From NCBI GenBank assembly GCA_001790525.1, contig MGCU01000025.1:14576-73840 (forward strand): a stretch of DNA of 59,265 bases, written 5' to 3'. Source of the DNA: Candidatus Saccharibacteria bacterium RIFCSPHIGHO2_12_FULL_47_16b. Its GTDB lineage: Bacteria > Patescibacteriota > Saccharimonadia > Saccharimonadales > UBA10212. Position numbers and translations under genes: made by a program. Within the stretch, counting starts at the first letter, position 1. Each line of letters begins with the position of its first letter. This document shows positions 1-7,036 of the stretch, one piece after another. The notes under the pieces are model-generated. The model had not been told where the DNA came from. It ran no database searches and saw nothing but the letters and a program-made list of their open reading frames with translations.

Positions 1-282
1 AAAGAGGCCGATAAAATTTCCGAAGTCTTGCTCAAAAAACGTCTAGTTACCTGTGTCAGACAAATGCCAGTCAGCTCGGCCTATTGGTGGAAAGGTAAAA
101 TAGAAAAGAGCGAAGAGGTTTTGCTAATGATGGAAAGCCGCGAGAATTTATTTGACCAAATTGAGCGCGAAGTTGCCAAACTTCATAGTTATGAAACGCC
201 CTCCCTTACAGCAACGCCTGTCAGTCAGATTTCAGCAAGCGCCAAAAAATGGCTGAATGAGGGGTTTAAAAATGCCACCTAA
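1..282 (+). CDS. cutA: Divalent-cation tolerance protein CutA (5' end cut by window edge)
   Basis: Frame 1 is open from nt 1. The translation ...VTCVRQMPVSSAYWWKGKIEKSEEVLLMMES...LHSYETP fits the CutA1 core pattern (S-x-Y-W-W-x-G-x-I ... H-x-Y-E-x-P). Confidence 0.8.
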   Translation, partial: KEADKISEVLLKKRLVTCVRQMPVSSAYWWKGKIEKSEEVLLMMESRENLFDQIEREVAKLHSYETPSLTATPVSQISASAKKWLNEGFKNAT

Positions 283-730
283 CCCACACCACAAACCAAA
301 CTTAGACAGAACTTCTGAAAGGCCTGTAACTTCCGAACTCTCGACCTTGGTCGAGGATATAGTAATGGATATTCCATGGCGATGGGATAGCAAGACGGGT
401 CTGACAGTAAAAACTGGTTATGTTCCTGCTGGTTATTTCAAGCTGCGTAGCCCTAGTGATCATTTTGAGGCGCCAGGAGTTTATTTAGAGCAAACCATGA
501 TCGAGCCGAATCATTTTGAGTACAAGGTACGAATTGTCAACCAACCACATGGTTCTTCTCAACGAATAACTACTTTCAGTTGGGAGGGCGATTCACCTGA
601 CCCCAAGAGAGATGAGGCCAAGATGAATCAGGCAAACCTGATACGGCTACTGCGTGAATGCCAGAAGGGCGTAGGGCTTAACGAGTTGCAGTTTATTGGA
701 GCAACTCGCCGCGGGCCGGGCCGGGACTAG
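257..730 (+). CDS. Hypothetical protein
   Basis: 157-codon ORF filling the cutA-dnaJ gap. No motif recognised and the start is uncertain. Confidence 0.35.
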   Translation: MRGLKMPPNPHHKPNLDRTSERPVTSELSTLVEDIVMDIPWRWDSKTGLTVKTGYVPAGYFKLRSPSDHFEAPGVYLEQTMIEPNHFEYKVRIVNQPHGSSQRITTFSWEGDSPDPKRDEAKMNQANLIRLLRECQKGVGLNELQFIGATRRGPGRD

Positions 731-733
731 CTT

Positions 734-1870
734 ATGGCAAAAAGGGATTATTACGAAATATTGGGGGTGAATAAGTCAGCTAGTGCTGACGAGATTAAAA
801 AAGCTTACCGGCGGTTGGCGGTAGAGCACCATCCGGACCGCGGTGGCAATGAGGAAAAATTCAAAGAAGTCAATGAAGCCTATGAGATCTTAAAAGATAG
901 TTCCAAGCGCCAGCGCTACGACCAGTTCGGCCATGCCGGTGTTGGTACCAGCGCTGCTTCTGACGGAGGATTCGGTGGTTTTGGGCCCTTCGACTTCGCT
1001 CAGGGTAAACAGGAATTTCATTTTGATTTTGGCGATCTAGGTTTGGGCGACATTCTCGGCAGTTTCTTTGGCGGCGGCCCCTCGACAGGCTCGGGGTCCC
1101 GCCGTGCTCGGCGGGGCCGCGACATGGAAACCGATGTGGAAATTTCTTTCGAGGAAGCCGTTTTCGGCACTAAGACCGAGCTCAACCTCAACATGGAAGA
1201 TACCTGCGAGCACTGCAAGGGCACAACCGTTGAGCCGGGCTATGAACTCAAGACCTGCGAAACCTGCAAAGGCTCAGGCCAAGTTACTAACGTCATGCGC
1301 ACGATTTTTGGTAATATCCAACAAGCTGCCCCTTGCCCAAGCTGCAAAGGCAAGGGCAAAATCCCCGAAAAAGCCTGCACCGTCTGCCGCGGCAAAGGCA
1401 CGCATCGCCAACGCCAAACTATTAAACTCAAAGTTCCAGCCGGCATTGATGATGGCGCCACTATTCGCTTGCGGGAACATGGCGAGGCAATTACCGATGG
1501 TCCCAAGGGCGACCTTTACATTAATATCCGCGTCAAGCCGCACAAGCAGTTCACCCGCGAAGGCGACTTGATTCTATCCAACGAGCATATTGGCATAGTT
1601 GAAGCGGCACTGGGCACGGAAATTGATGTTGAAACAGTCGATGGCAAAGTCAAGATGAAGGTGCCGGCCGGCACCAATTCCGGTACTGATTTTAAATTGT
1701 CCGGCCATGGCGTGCCTCACCTGCAAGGCTCCGGCCGCCCCTTCGACAAAGCTCAGGGCAGGGGCGTCCACATCGTCACAGTCATCGTTGATACACCTAC
1801 TAAACTTACCAAAGAACAACAGGAACTCTTATCTCAATTCAAACAAACCAAAAAACGCGGCCTATTTTAA
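734..1870 (+). CDS. dnaJ: Molecular chaperone DnaJ
   Basis: N-terminal J domain (DYYEILGV...HHPDR), a G/F-rich linker, and four CxxCxGxG zinc-finger repeats ([32 protein letters not shown]). Confidence 0.95.
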   Translation: MAKRDYYEILGVNKSASADEIKKAYRRLAVEHHPDRGGNEEKFKEVNEAYEILKDSSKRQRYDQFGHAGVGTSAASDGGFGGFGPFDFAQGKQEFHFDFGDLGLGDILGSFFGGGPSTGSGSRRARRGRDMETDVEISFEEAVFGTKTELNLNMEDTCEHCKGTTVEPGYELKTCETCKGSGQVTNVMRTIFGNIQQAAPCPSCKGKGKIPEKACTVCRGKGTHRQRQTIKLKVPAGIDDGATIRLREHGEAITDGPKGDLYINIRVKPHKQFTREGDLILSNEHIGIVEAALGTEIDVETVDGKVKMKVPAGTNSGTDFKLSGHGVPHLQGSGRPFDKAQGRGVHIVTVIVDTPTKLTKEQQELLSQFKQTKKRGLF

Positions 1871-2538
1871 TTATCGAGCAAACGCTCGTCTTGAAAAACC
1901 ACACCTATGCTTCTTAATTGATCTTTACGCGCGGCTTTGTAAGCTAACAAAGAATTATCAGCACGTCTCATAAGATCGCCCGGGAGGTCTCCAGGCATAA
2001 GCATAGCCATACCGACGCCGGCACCTACATATAAATCTTCCGGTAAACCCAACTTTCTTATAGCCGCTTCGGTAATATATTTAACCAAACTCCCAGTTTC
2101 CTCTAAAAGCTGGTCTGAGGAGATTCCCTCAATAGGCCTAAAACCTGGCATAACTAAGCAGAGTTCATCTCCATGAAGTCGAGCAGCCAAATCCCCGTCG
2201 TTTTCAAATAACTTTAGCGTCTCAGCGGCTGTCCGGATGACTTTATTGCCTTCTTGATGATCGAAGTTGTCATTAACCCGCTTAAGCCCATCGATATCGA
2301 CAAAAATGATAGCTATAGGCTCTTGGTTTTGATGAGCGATTTCTACTAATGCCGATAGTTTCTCGTCAAAAGCTCTCCGGTTAGCCAAGCCAGTTAAATC
2401 ATCGGTATAAGCTTTCTTATGACGATCATCAACTAGTTCAAATAACTCATTTCGCTCTTGTACCAATTCCAAAATGCGGCGTAGGGCTTGCCTATGTCTT
2501 GATTCAATATCAGATGAGGTTTTCTCACAAGAGGCCAT
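1867..2538 (-). CDS. GGDEF-domain protein with degenerate active-site motif (HGDEL)
   Basis: [16 protein letters not shown] ... [13 protein letters not shown] ... [12 protein letters not shown] is a diguanylate-cyclase fold. The signature GG(D/E)EF reads HGDEL. A coiled-coil N-terminus is present and no sensor domain. Confidence 0.8.
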   Translation of the reverse strand: MASCEKTSSDIESRHRQALRRILELVQERNELFELVDDRHKKAYTDDLTGLANRRAFDEKLSALVEIAHQNQEPIAIIFVDIDGLKRVNDNFDHQEGNKVIRTAAETLKLFENDGDLAARLHGDELCLVMPGFRPIEGISSDQLLEETGSLVKYITEAAIRKLGLPEDLYVGAGVGMAMLMPGDLPGDLMRRADNSLLAYKAARKDQLRSIGVVFQDERLLDN

Positions 2539-2645
2539 AGGAAGTATATTATTCTATAAAATGCAGTAATTATCAAGGCAGTTGTGTTTATTAACCGTGC
2601 TTACTAAAATGCTAGTAAATGCATAAACATAACCAAAAGGGCTTT

Positions 2646-2718
2646 ACCCAGCACCTAGTCTCCGAGATTATCCGCCGTTGGCGGATGCGTGCGAAGCACT
2701 CGGAGCTAAGTGCTGGGT
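2646..2718 (+). ncRNA. Long-hairpin element H1 (unclassified structured element)
   Basis: ACCCAGCAC-C-TAG-T-CTCCGAG [32 nt containing CCGCC-GTT-GGCGG] CTCGGAG-CTA-A-GTGCTGGGT, giving about 19 bp of stem. It has the same ACCCA...GGGT ends as H2 and H3. Confidence 0.45.
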
Positions 2719-2830
2719 TTATACCCATGATAATCATGATTATTCTGCTGATTATTGTTTTCTTTTGGTTTGTTTACCGCCGAGTGGCCGGCAGCGGCTA
2801 ACACCTCTTATTGCGCATCCAAATTAGGTT

Positions 2831-2900
2831 ACCCAACGTACCAGAAAGCCTCGGTCCTTTAAGACGAGAATGATTCGTATCATGGCTTTCGGTACGGGGT
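2831..2900 (+). ncRNA. Long-hairpin element H2 (unclassified structured element)
   Basis: ACCC-AA-CGTACC-A-GAAAGCC [33 nt] GGCTTTC-GGTACG-GGGT. It is near-identical in stem and flanks to H3 on the opposite strand, with one compensatory pair change. Confidence 0.55.
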
Positions 2901-2967
2901 TCCGCCTCCCTCTCTCAGCCGAAAAGAAATTCTAGACTTTAGCCCGCGGAGACTTCACAATGAGCTG

Positions 2968-4329
2968 ATGAAAGTCAGCTTTAAGAAGTCACTGAAGTTA
3001 CTGGGCGTTGGCATCAGCCCTTTTTCCAGACTAGGACCACAGCAGTGGTTTGATGATTATAAAATCGCGGCCTATTACGGCTGGGACATTGCCGATCAAG
3101 GCGCTCCAGCGGTTGAATCCTTAGCCAGCCTCGGCATTGAGCTGCCTCGTCTGAATAGTCAAAGCCTACTCAATAACGCTAATTTTCAGCAGCAGCTGGT
3201 AGATGAATATAAAGATCACCACGTTTTAACATACAAGCCGCTTGGTTTAAAGATTCCACCGCCTCTCCAAAAGGCCACTTTTAAACTTTTAGGAACGAAT
3301 CTATCGTGCCCCTTTTATGAAAACAAGGCCTTGTTCCGGCAAGAGTTTGGCAAGCTGTTGCCATTTCCGCCTTTTAAAATTAAAAGGCTGTCCGAAATCG
3401 GGAGCTTGGCTGATATTCAAAGCAGTAGCGAACCACTGATACTTCAGCATGAGACAATGAGCGGCGGTAGAGGCACATTTTTAATTAATCAGGAAAGTGA
3501 CTTGAATGAAGCACTAGGGGTTTTTAGATTAAATCGGCCAAAAAATCCTAAAATTGTTATCTCTCAATATATCGACTCAGCTGCCGAACGAAGCTTGCAA
3601 TGTTGCGTGACCAAATATGACACACTGATTGGTCCGGTGCAAAAGCAGATTGTTAATGCCCCGGAATTACTGAACCCACAAAATCTGGCCACTGAAAAAT
3701 TCACTGGTGCCGAAATTTCTTATGGACTTGGTATGGAGCCGCTGCACAAAGAGATGACAAAGCTCGCCAAAGTCGTTGGCGATAAACTCGCTAGTACAGG
3801 CTACCATGGAATCTTTGGACTGGATTTCCTAGTAGATAAAGCCGGCCACCTATATTTGCTGGAAATCAACCAACGTTTAACTGGCGTGACGCCACTTTTG
3901 ACCATGCTTTATCGACCCACGCAAGATATCCCATTTTTATTACTACACATTCTAGAACTAAGCGGTCTCGATTACACAATAGACGATTTTTCGGTTGACT
4001 TAGTGCCAGCTCAAGGCAGCCTGATGATATTCCATTCTTTATCAACCAACACCGGTCTAATCAAAAAAACTCCAAGTTCGGGGATATATTCGTTTCAATC
4101 TAACGAGCTGTCTTTTATCAAGAGTGGCTATCAATTGAGTCGGGAAGAAAATCAACTTTTAGTTCAAAGAATTGTTCCGCTTGGCACCAAAATTAAGCCT
4201 GGGTCTAAAATTGCAGCGCTCTACAGCAGACAATCGGTTTTGGATCATCGAGACAGTTTAGCTCCAGCCAAATCTTTGATCGATGCTCTTTATAATCAAT
4301 TCGATATCCAGCCGGCACATATTGATTAA
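2968..4329 (+). CDS. ATP-grasp domain protein (unknown ligase)
   Basis: C-terminal half shows the ATP-grasp core (...YHGIFGLDFLVDKAGHLYLLEINQRLTG...). It is the first gene of the cluster with the RimB-like protease and rimK. Confidence 0.7.
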   Translation: MKVSFKKSLKLLGVGISPFSRLGPQQWFDDYKIAAYYGWDIADQGAPAVESLASLGIELPRLNSQSLLNNANFQQQLVDEYKDHHVLTYKPLGLKIPPPLQKATFKLLGTNLSCPFYENKALFRQEFGKLLPFPPFKIKRLSEIGSLADIQSSSEPLILQHETMSGGRGTFLINQESDLNEALGVFRLNRPKNPKIVISQYIDSAAERSLQCCVTKYDTLIGPVQKQIVNAPELLNPQNLATEKFTGAEISYGLGMEPLHKEMTKLAKVVGDKLASTGYHGIFGLDFLVDKAGHLYLLEINQRLTGVTPLLTMLYRPTQDIPFLLLHILELSGLDYTIDDFSVDLVPAQGSLMIFHSLSTNTGLIKKTPSSGIYSFQSNELSFIKSGYQLSREENQLLVQRIVPLGTKIKPGSKIAALYSRQSVLDHRDSLAPAKSLIDALYNQFDIQPAHID

Positions 4330-4359
4330 TGTTGTAAAAGATATTATAATATACTACCT

Positions 4360-4785
4360 ATGAAGAAGTCCAAACTAATTGGTGCTTTTGAAAAGGTCAG
4401 TTTTCCTGACTTTGGACTTTTCAACTTAGTCGCAAAAATTGATACAGGTGCTACTTCTGGCAGTCTCCATGCTACACGGATCAAAAAAATAGTCTTACCC
4501 ACCGGAGAACCAGCTCTTAGCTTCCGTCCTTACGGCAGAAAGCAAGAAGTGGCAGTTAATTCCTTTGTCTTGAAGGACGTCAGGAGCAGTAATGGCATTG
4601 TTTCTAAGCGCTACGTTATCCCAACCACGATTGTTATACGAGAGGTACAGTATCCTATTCAGATCAGCTTGGCTGATCGTTCTTTAATGATGAAGGGAGT
4701 ACTAATTGGCAGACGCTTTTTACGCAGTCACGGTTTTATTGTTGACCCTAAAAAGGGAACGAAGTATCGTTACGAGGTAAAGTAA
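4360..4785 (+). CDS. RimB-like retropepsin-type (putative ATP-dependent zinc protease, PF05618-like) protein
   Basis: AKIDTGATSGSLHA motif (D-T-G aspartic-protease-like), about 140 aa, immediately upstream of rimK as in rimB-rimK pairs. Confidence 0.7.
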   Translation: MKKSKLIGAFEKVSFPDFGLFNLVAKIDTGATSGSLHATRIKKIVLPTGEPALSFRPYGRKQEVAVNSFVLKDVRSSNGIVSKRYVIPTTIVIREVQYPIQISLADRSLMMKGVLIGRRFLRSHGFIVDPKKGTKYRYEVK

Positions 4786-4790
4786 GCATT

Positions 4791-5717
4791 ATGAAAATTG
4801 CTATCTTGTCCAAGGGTCCAGGCAACTATTCGACCAAAAGGCTGAAAGAAGAAGCTATTAAGCGTGGCTACGAAGTCCAGGTTATTAACTACACCCAATG
4901 CGAGGCTAGAATAGAACAAAATAATCCCGTGGTGATTTATGAAGGGCAGATTCTAAGAGGTATTGATGCTATCATCCCACGCATAGCCTCGTCTTTCACG
5001 CGTTATGGCTCAGCCATTGTTCGTCAATTTGAGATGCGGGGCGTGTTCACCACTGCGAGCTCCATTGCCATTGTGCGCTCGCGCGACAAGCTGCGTTCGG
5101 TTCAGATATTATCGCGGGCTGGCATTGATATTCCCAAGACTATTTTTTCAAGAGGCAGACTGAGCGCTGAAGAGATAGAGCGTTTGGTAGAGGAACTTGG
5201 AGGTCCGCCGATTATTATCAAACTGGCCCGTGGTACGCACGGCCGCGGCGTGGTATTGGCCGAAACCAGAAAAGCCGCCAGGTCGGTATTGCAAGGCTTT
5301 TATCTGATGGAAGAAGAAGGCACTAATATCCTGCTGCAGGAATATATTGAAGAAGCCGAGGGTAGCGACATTAGGGCATTTGTGGTCGGCGGTCGGGTAG
5401 TGGCCTCGATGAAGCGCCAGAGCATTAATCTCGAAGAAGAATTTCGCTCCAACTTGCATCAGGGCGGGGAAGGCACGACCATCAAATTGACTGACGGGGA
5501 ACGCAAGGCGGCAATTAAGGCCGCCAGAACCATGGGGCTGGCTATTTGCGGCGTTGATTTAATTCGTAGTAAGCGGGGGCCTTTAGTCCTGGAGGTAAAT
5601 TCCTCGCCCGGTTTTGGGATTGAGCAGGTTACCGGCCGCAACGTGGCTGAAAAAATTATTGACTACGTTGAGCAAAATGCAATGCGGCGTCAAAAAACAG
5701 ACCGCGTCGGCGCTTAA
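4791..5717 (+). CDS. rimK: Ribosomal protein S6--L-glutamate ligase RimK
   Basis: MKIAILS...DAIIPRIASSFTRYGSAIVRQFEMRGVF...SRDKLRS... followed by an ATP-grasp core. Typical RimK length and N-terminus. Confidence 0.9.
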   Translation: MKIAILSKGPGNYSTKRLKEEAIKRGYEVQVINYTQCEARIEQNNPVVIYEGQILRGIDAIIPRIASSFTRYGSAIVRQFEMRGVFTTASSIAIVRSRDKLRSVQILSRAGIDIPKTIFSRGRLSAEEIERLVEELGGPPIIIKLARGTHGRGVVLAETRKAARSVLQGFYLMEEEGTNILLQEYIEEAEGSDIRAFVVGGRVVASMKRQSINLEEEFRSNLHQGGEGTTIKLTDGERKAAIKAARTMGLAICGVDLIRSKRGPLVLEVNSSPGFGIEQVTGRNVAEKIIDYVEQNAMRRQKTDRVGA

Positions 5718-6170
5718 ATGGCAAAGCTCAAGTATTTAATTATTTTTATTTTGCTAGCTGTATCGCTCGTGCTAGCTAACTCTGTTGGTAATTTGTCCTG
5801 CGCCAAAACCTTGGATCACAATCAGACCATTCAGATAAATCAGGCCAATCTTTTTATCCAAAGGGCGGAAAACGAAAAAGACAAACAAAAGGGTCTAGGC
5901 GATAAACCATGCATTGGCCCAAGCGAGGCCATGCTGTTTGTGTTTGATAAACCGGGCAGCTATAGCTTTTGGGCCAAAGATATGCAATTTGCCATTGATA
6001 TCATTTGGCTATCAGCCGACAAAAAAGTTGTCTATCGACAGCTTAACGTACAGCCATCAAGCAACCCGCAGTCATTTACCAATCAGCCGCCGGCCAAGTA
6101 CGTGTTAGAGTTGAATGCCGGCCGAGCCAATTACTTTGGTTTGACCGAAGGCAACCAGCTAAGTTTCTAA
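5718..6170 (+). CDS. DUF192 family protein (secreted or membrane-anchored)
   Basis: N-terminal hydrophobic segment, then MLFVF...SFWAKDMQFAIDIIWL...KYVLELNAG, which matches the DUF192 pattern. ATG overlaps the rimK stop. Confidence 0.75.
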   Translation: MAKLKYLIIFILLAVSLVLANSVGNLSCAKTLDHNQTIQINQANLFIQRAENEKDKQKGLGDKPCIGPSEAMLFVFDKPGSYSFWAKDMQFAIDIIWLSADKKVVYRQLNVQPSSNPQSFTNQPPAKYVLELNAGRANYFGLTEGNQLSF

Positions 6171-6228
6171 CAGCCCAGATAAGACTTCCTATAATTAGAG
6201 GGTATCTGATCCATAATCAGAGAACGCC

Positions 6229-6266
6229 ATGTCCATAATTACGACATATGTCGTAATTATGGACAT
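6229..6266. repeat. 38-bp perfect palindrome P1 (family of four)
   Basis: ATGTCCATAATTACGACAT|ATGTCGTAATTATGGACAT. Pairing extends by GCC/GGC to 6226-6269. Confidence 0.9.
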
Positions 6267-6312
6267 GGCTGCCAAAGCCAGATAGACGGGGCAGGCATGC
6301 TAAAATTGGCGC

Positions 6313-6789
6313 ATGGCCGAAATAATACTATTAATTCTGCTTTTGCTGCCGGCAGCCAGTGTTTATTTTTTGAAAAGCAACGGGGCGATGTTCTTTTTCT
6401 CTGTCTGTGCCGGTTTTGTACTAGTCAGTCTGGCCAGCGCTGACATTGGTAACTTACTGCATCAGACAAACATTAGCTCGATTAGCTCCGACGCCACTAA
6501 TTTAATTCTGGTTTTTGGGCCAAGTTTGCTGACGCTTTTGCTGGTTCGTAATCAACCACGGGGCCAACTGCAGTCCGTTCTCGGTTTGGCAGCCGGACTA
6601 TGCGGAGCCGCACTTATGATATTAATCACCGTGCCCTTTTTAGGCACGGCCTTACCGGACGGTACCTATGATTCAGTAATCTGGAAGTTCCTAAACAATA
6701 ATCAATCTTGGTTAATAACAGCCGGCGCCCTAGCCAGCTTCATCTCGCTATGGTCCAAAGGTTCATTTAAACTGCCGAAACGACATTGA
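6313..6789 (+). CDS. Hypothetical integral membrane protein
   Basis: 158 aa with about four or five hydrophobic spans. No recognisable family. Confidence 0.5.
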   Translation: MAEIILLILLLLPAASVYFLKSNGAMFFFSVCAGFVLVSLASADIGNLLHQTNISSISSDATNLILVFGPSLLTLLLVRNQPRGQLQSVLGLAAGLCGAALMILITVPFLGTALPDGTYDSVIWKFLNNNQSWLITAGALASFISLWSKGSFKLPKRH

Positions 6790-6796
6790 TAACAGA

Positions 6797-6825
6797 TTGA
6801 CTTTTTTGGCGAAAGTCAGATAATC
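6797..6825 (+). promoter_or_regulatory. Sigma-70-type promoter for tRNA-Lys
   Basis: TTGACT-N17-ATAATC, about 47 nt upstream of the tRNA. Confidence 0.45.
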
Positions 6826-6872
6826 TAAGATGTGATTGACGGGCCTTCGAGGCTCGTTTTTAATCGCGACGA

Positions 6873-6948
6873 GGGCCCGTAGCTCAGTTGGTAGAGCAGC
6901 GGCCTTTTAAGCCGCGTGTCGCGGGTTCGAGACCCGCCGGGCCCTCCA
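6873..6948 (+). tRNA. tRNA-Lys (UUU), CCA encoded
   Basis: Cloverleaf by hand: GGGCCCG ta GCTC agttggta GAGC a GCGGC cTTTTaa GCCGC gtgtc GCGGG ttcgaga CCCGC CGGGCCC t CCA. Confidence 0.9.
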
Positions 6949-6955
6949 CTACAGT

Positions 6956-6979
6956 GCCTGACCTTATGTCAGGCTTTTT
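6956..6979 (+). terminator. Rho-independent terminator after tRNA-Lys
   Basis: GCCTGAC-cttat-GTCAGGC followed by TTTTT. Confidence 0.7.
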
Positions 6980-7036
6980 AAGTTAAAAACGTAAGCAGTT
7001 AATTTTTGGCTGTCATTGTGTAATGATTGACAGATT

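Noticed and set aside
1018-1819. Several 70-170-codon ORFs in alternative frames and on the opposite strand inside dnaJ.
   Set aside because: They lie entirely within a gene with unmistakable DnaJ domains. Their translations are Ala/Arg/Pro-rich low complexity, typical of off-frame reading of GC-rich coding sequence.
1867-1870. The dnaJ and GGDEF genes share a TTAA in which both convergent stop codons overlap.
   Set aside because: This is a trivial consequence of compact convergent genes. No terminator or regulatory implication can be drawn.
2619-2801. 60-codon ORF (MHKHNQKGF...) in the GGDEF / ATP-grasp divergent region.
   Set aside because: Most of it is occupied by the 73-nt long hairpin H1. 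There is no SD and no similarity to anything I recognise. I treat it as non-coding, although the hydrophobic C-terminus means a small membrane peptide cannot be excluded.
6229-6266. The 38-bp palindromes as ArgR (ARG box) or LexA operators controlling carAB.
   Set aside because: There is no match to the TNTGAATWWWWATTCANW ARG box. The Cheo-box resemblance covers only the central 12-14 nt and is one base short per half-site in the perfect copy. Copy positions (inside an operon, after an operon, between convergent genes) do not fit operators.
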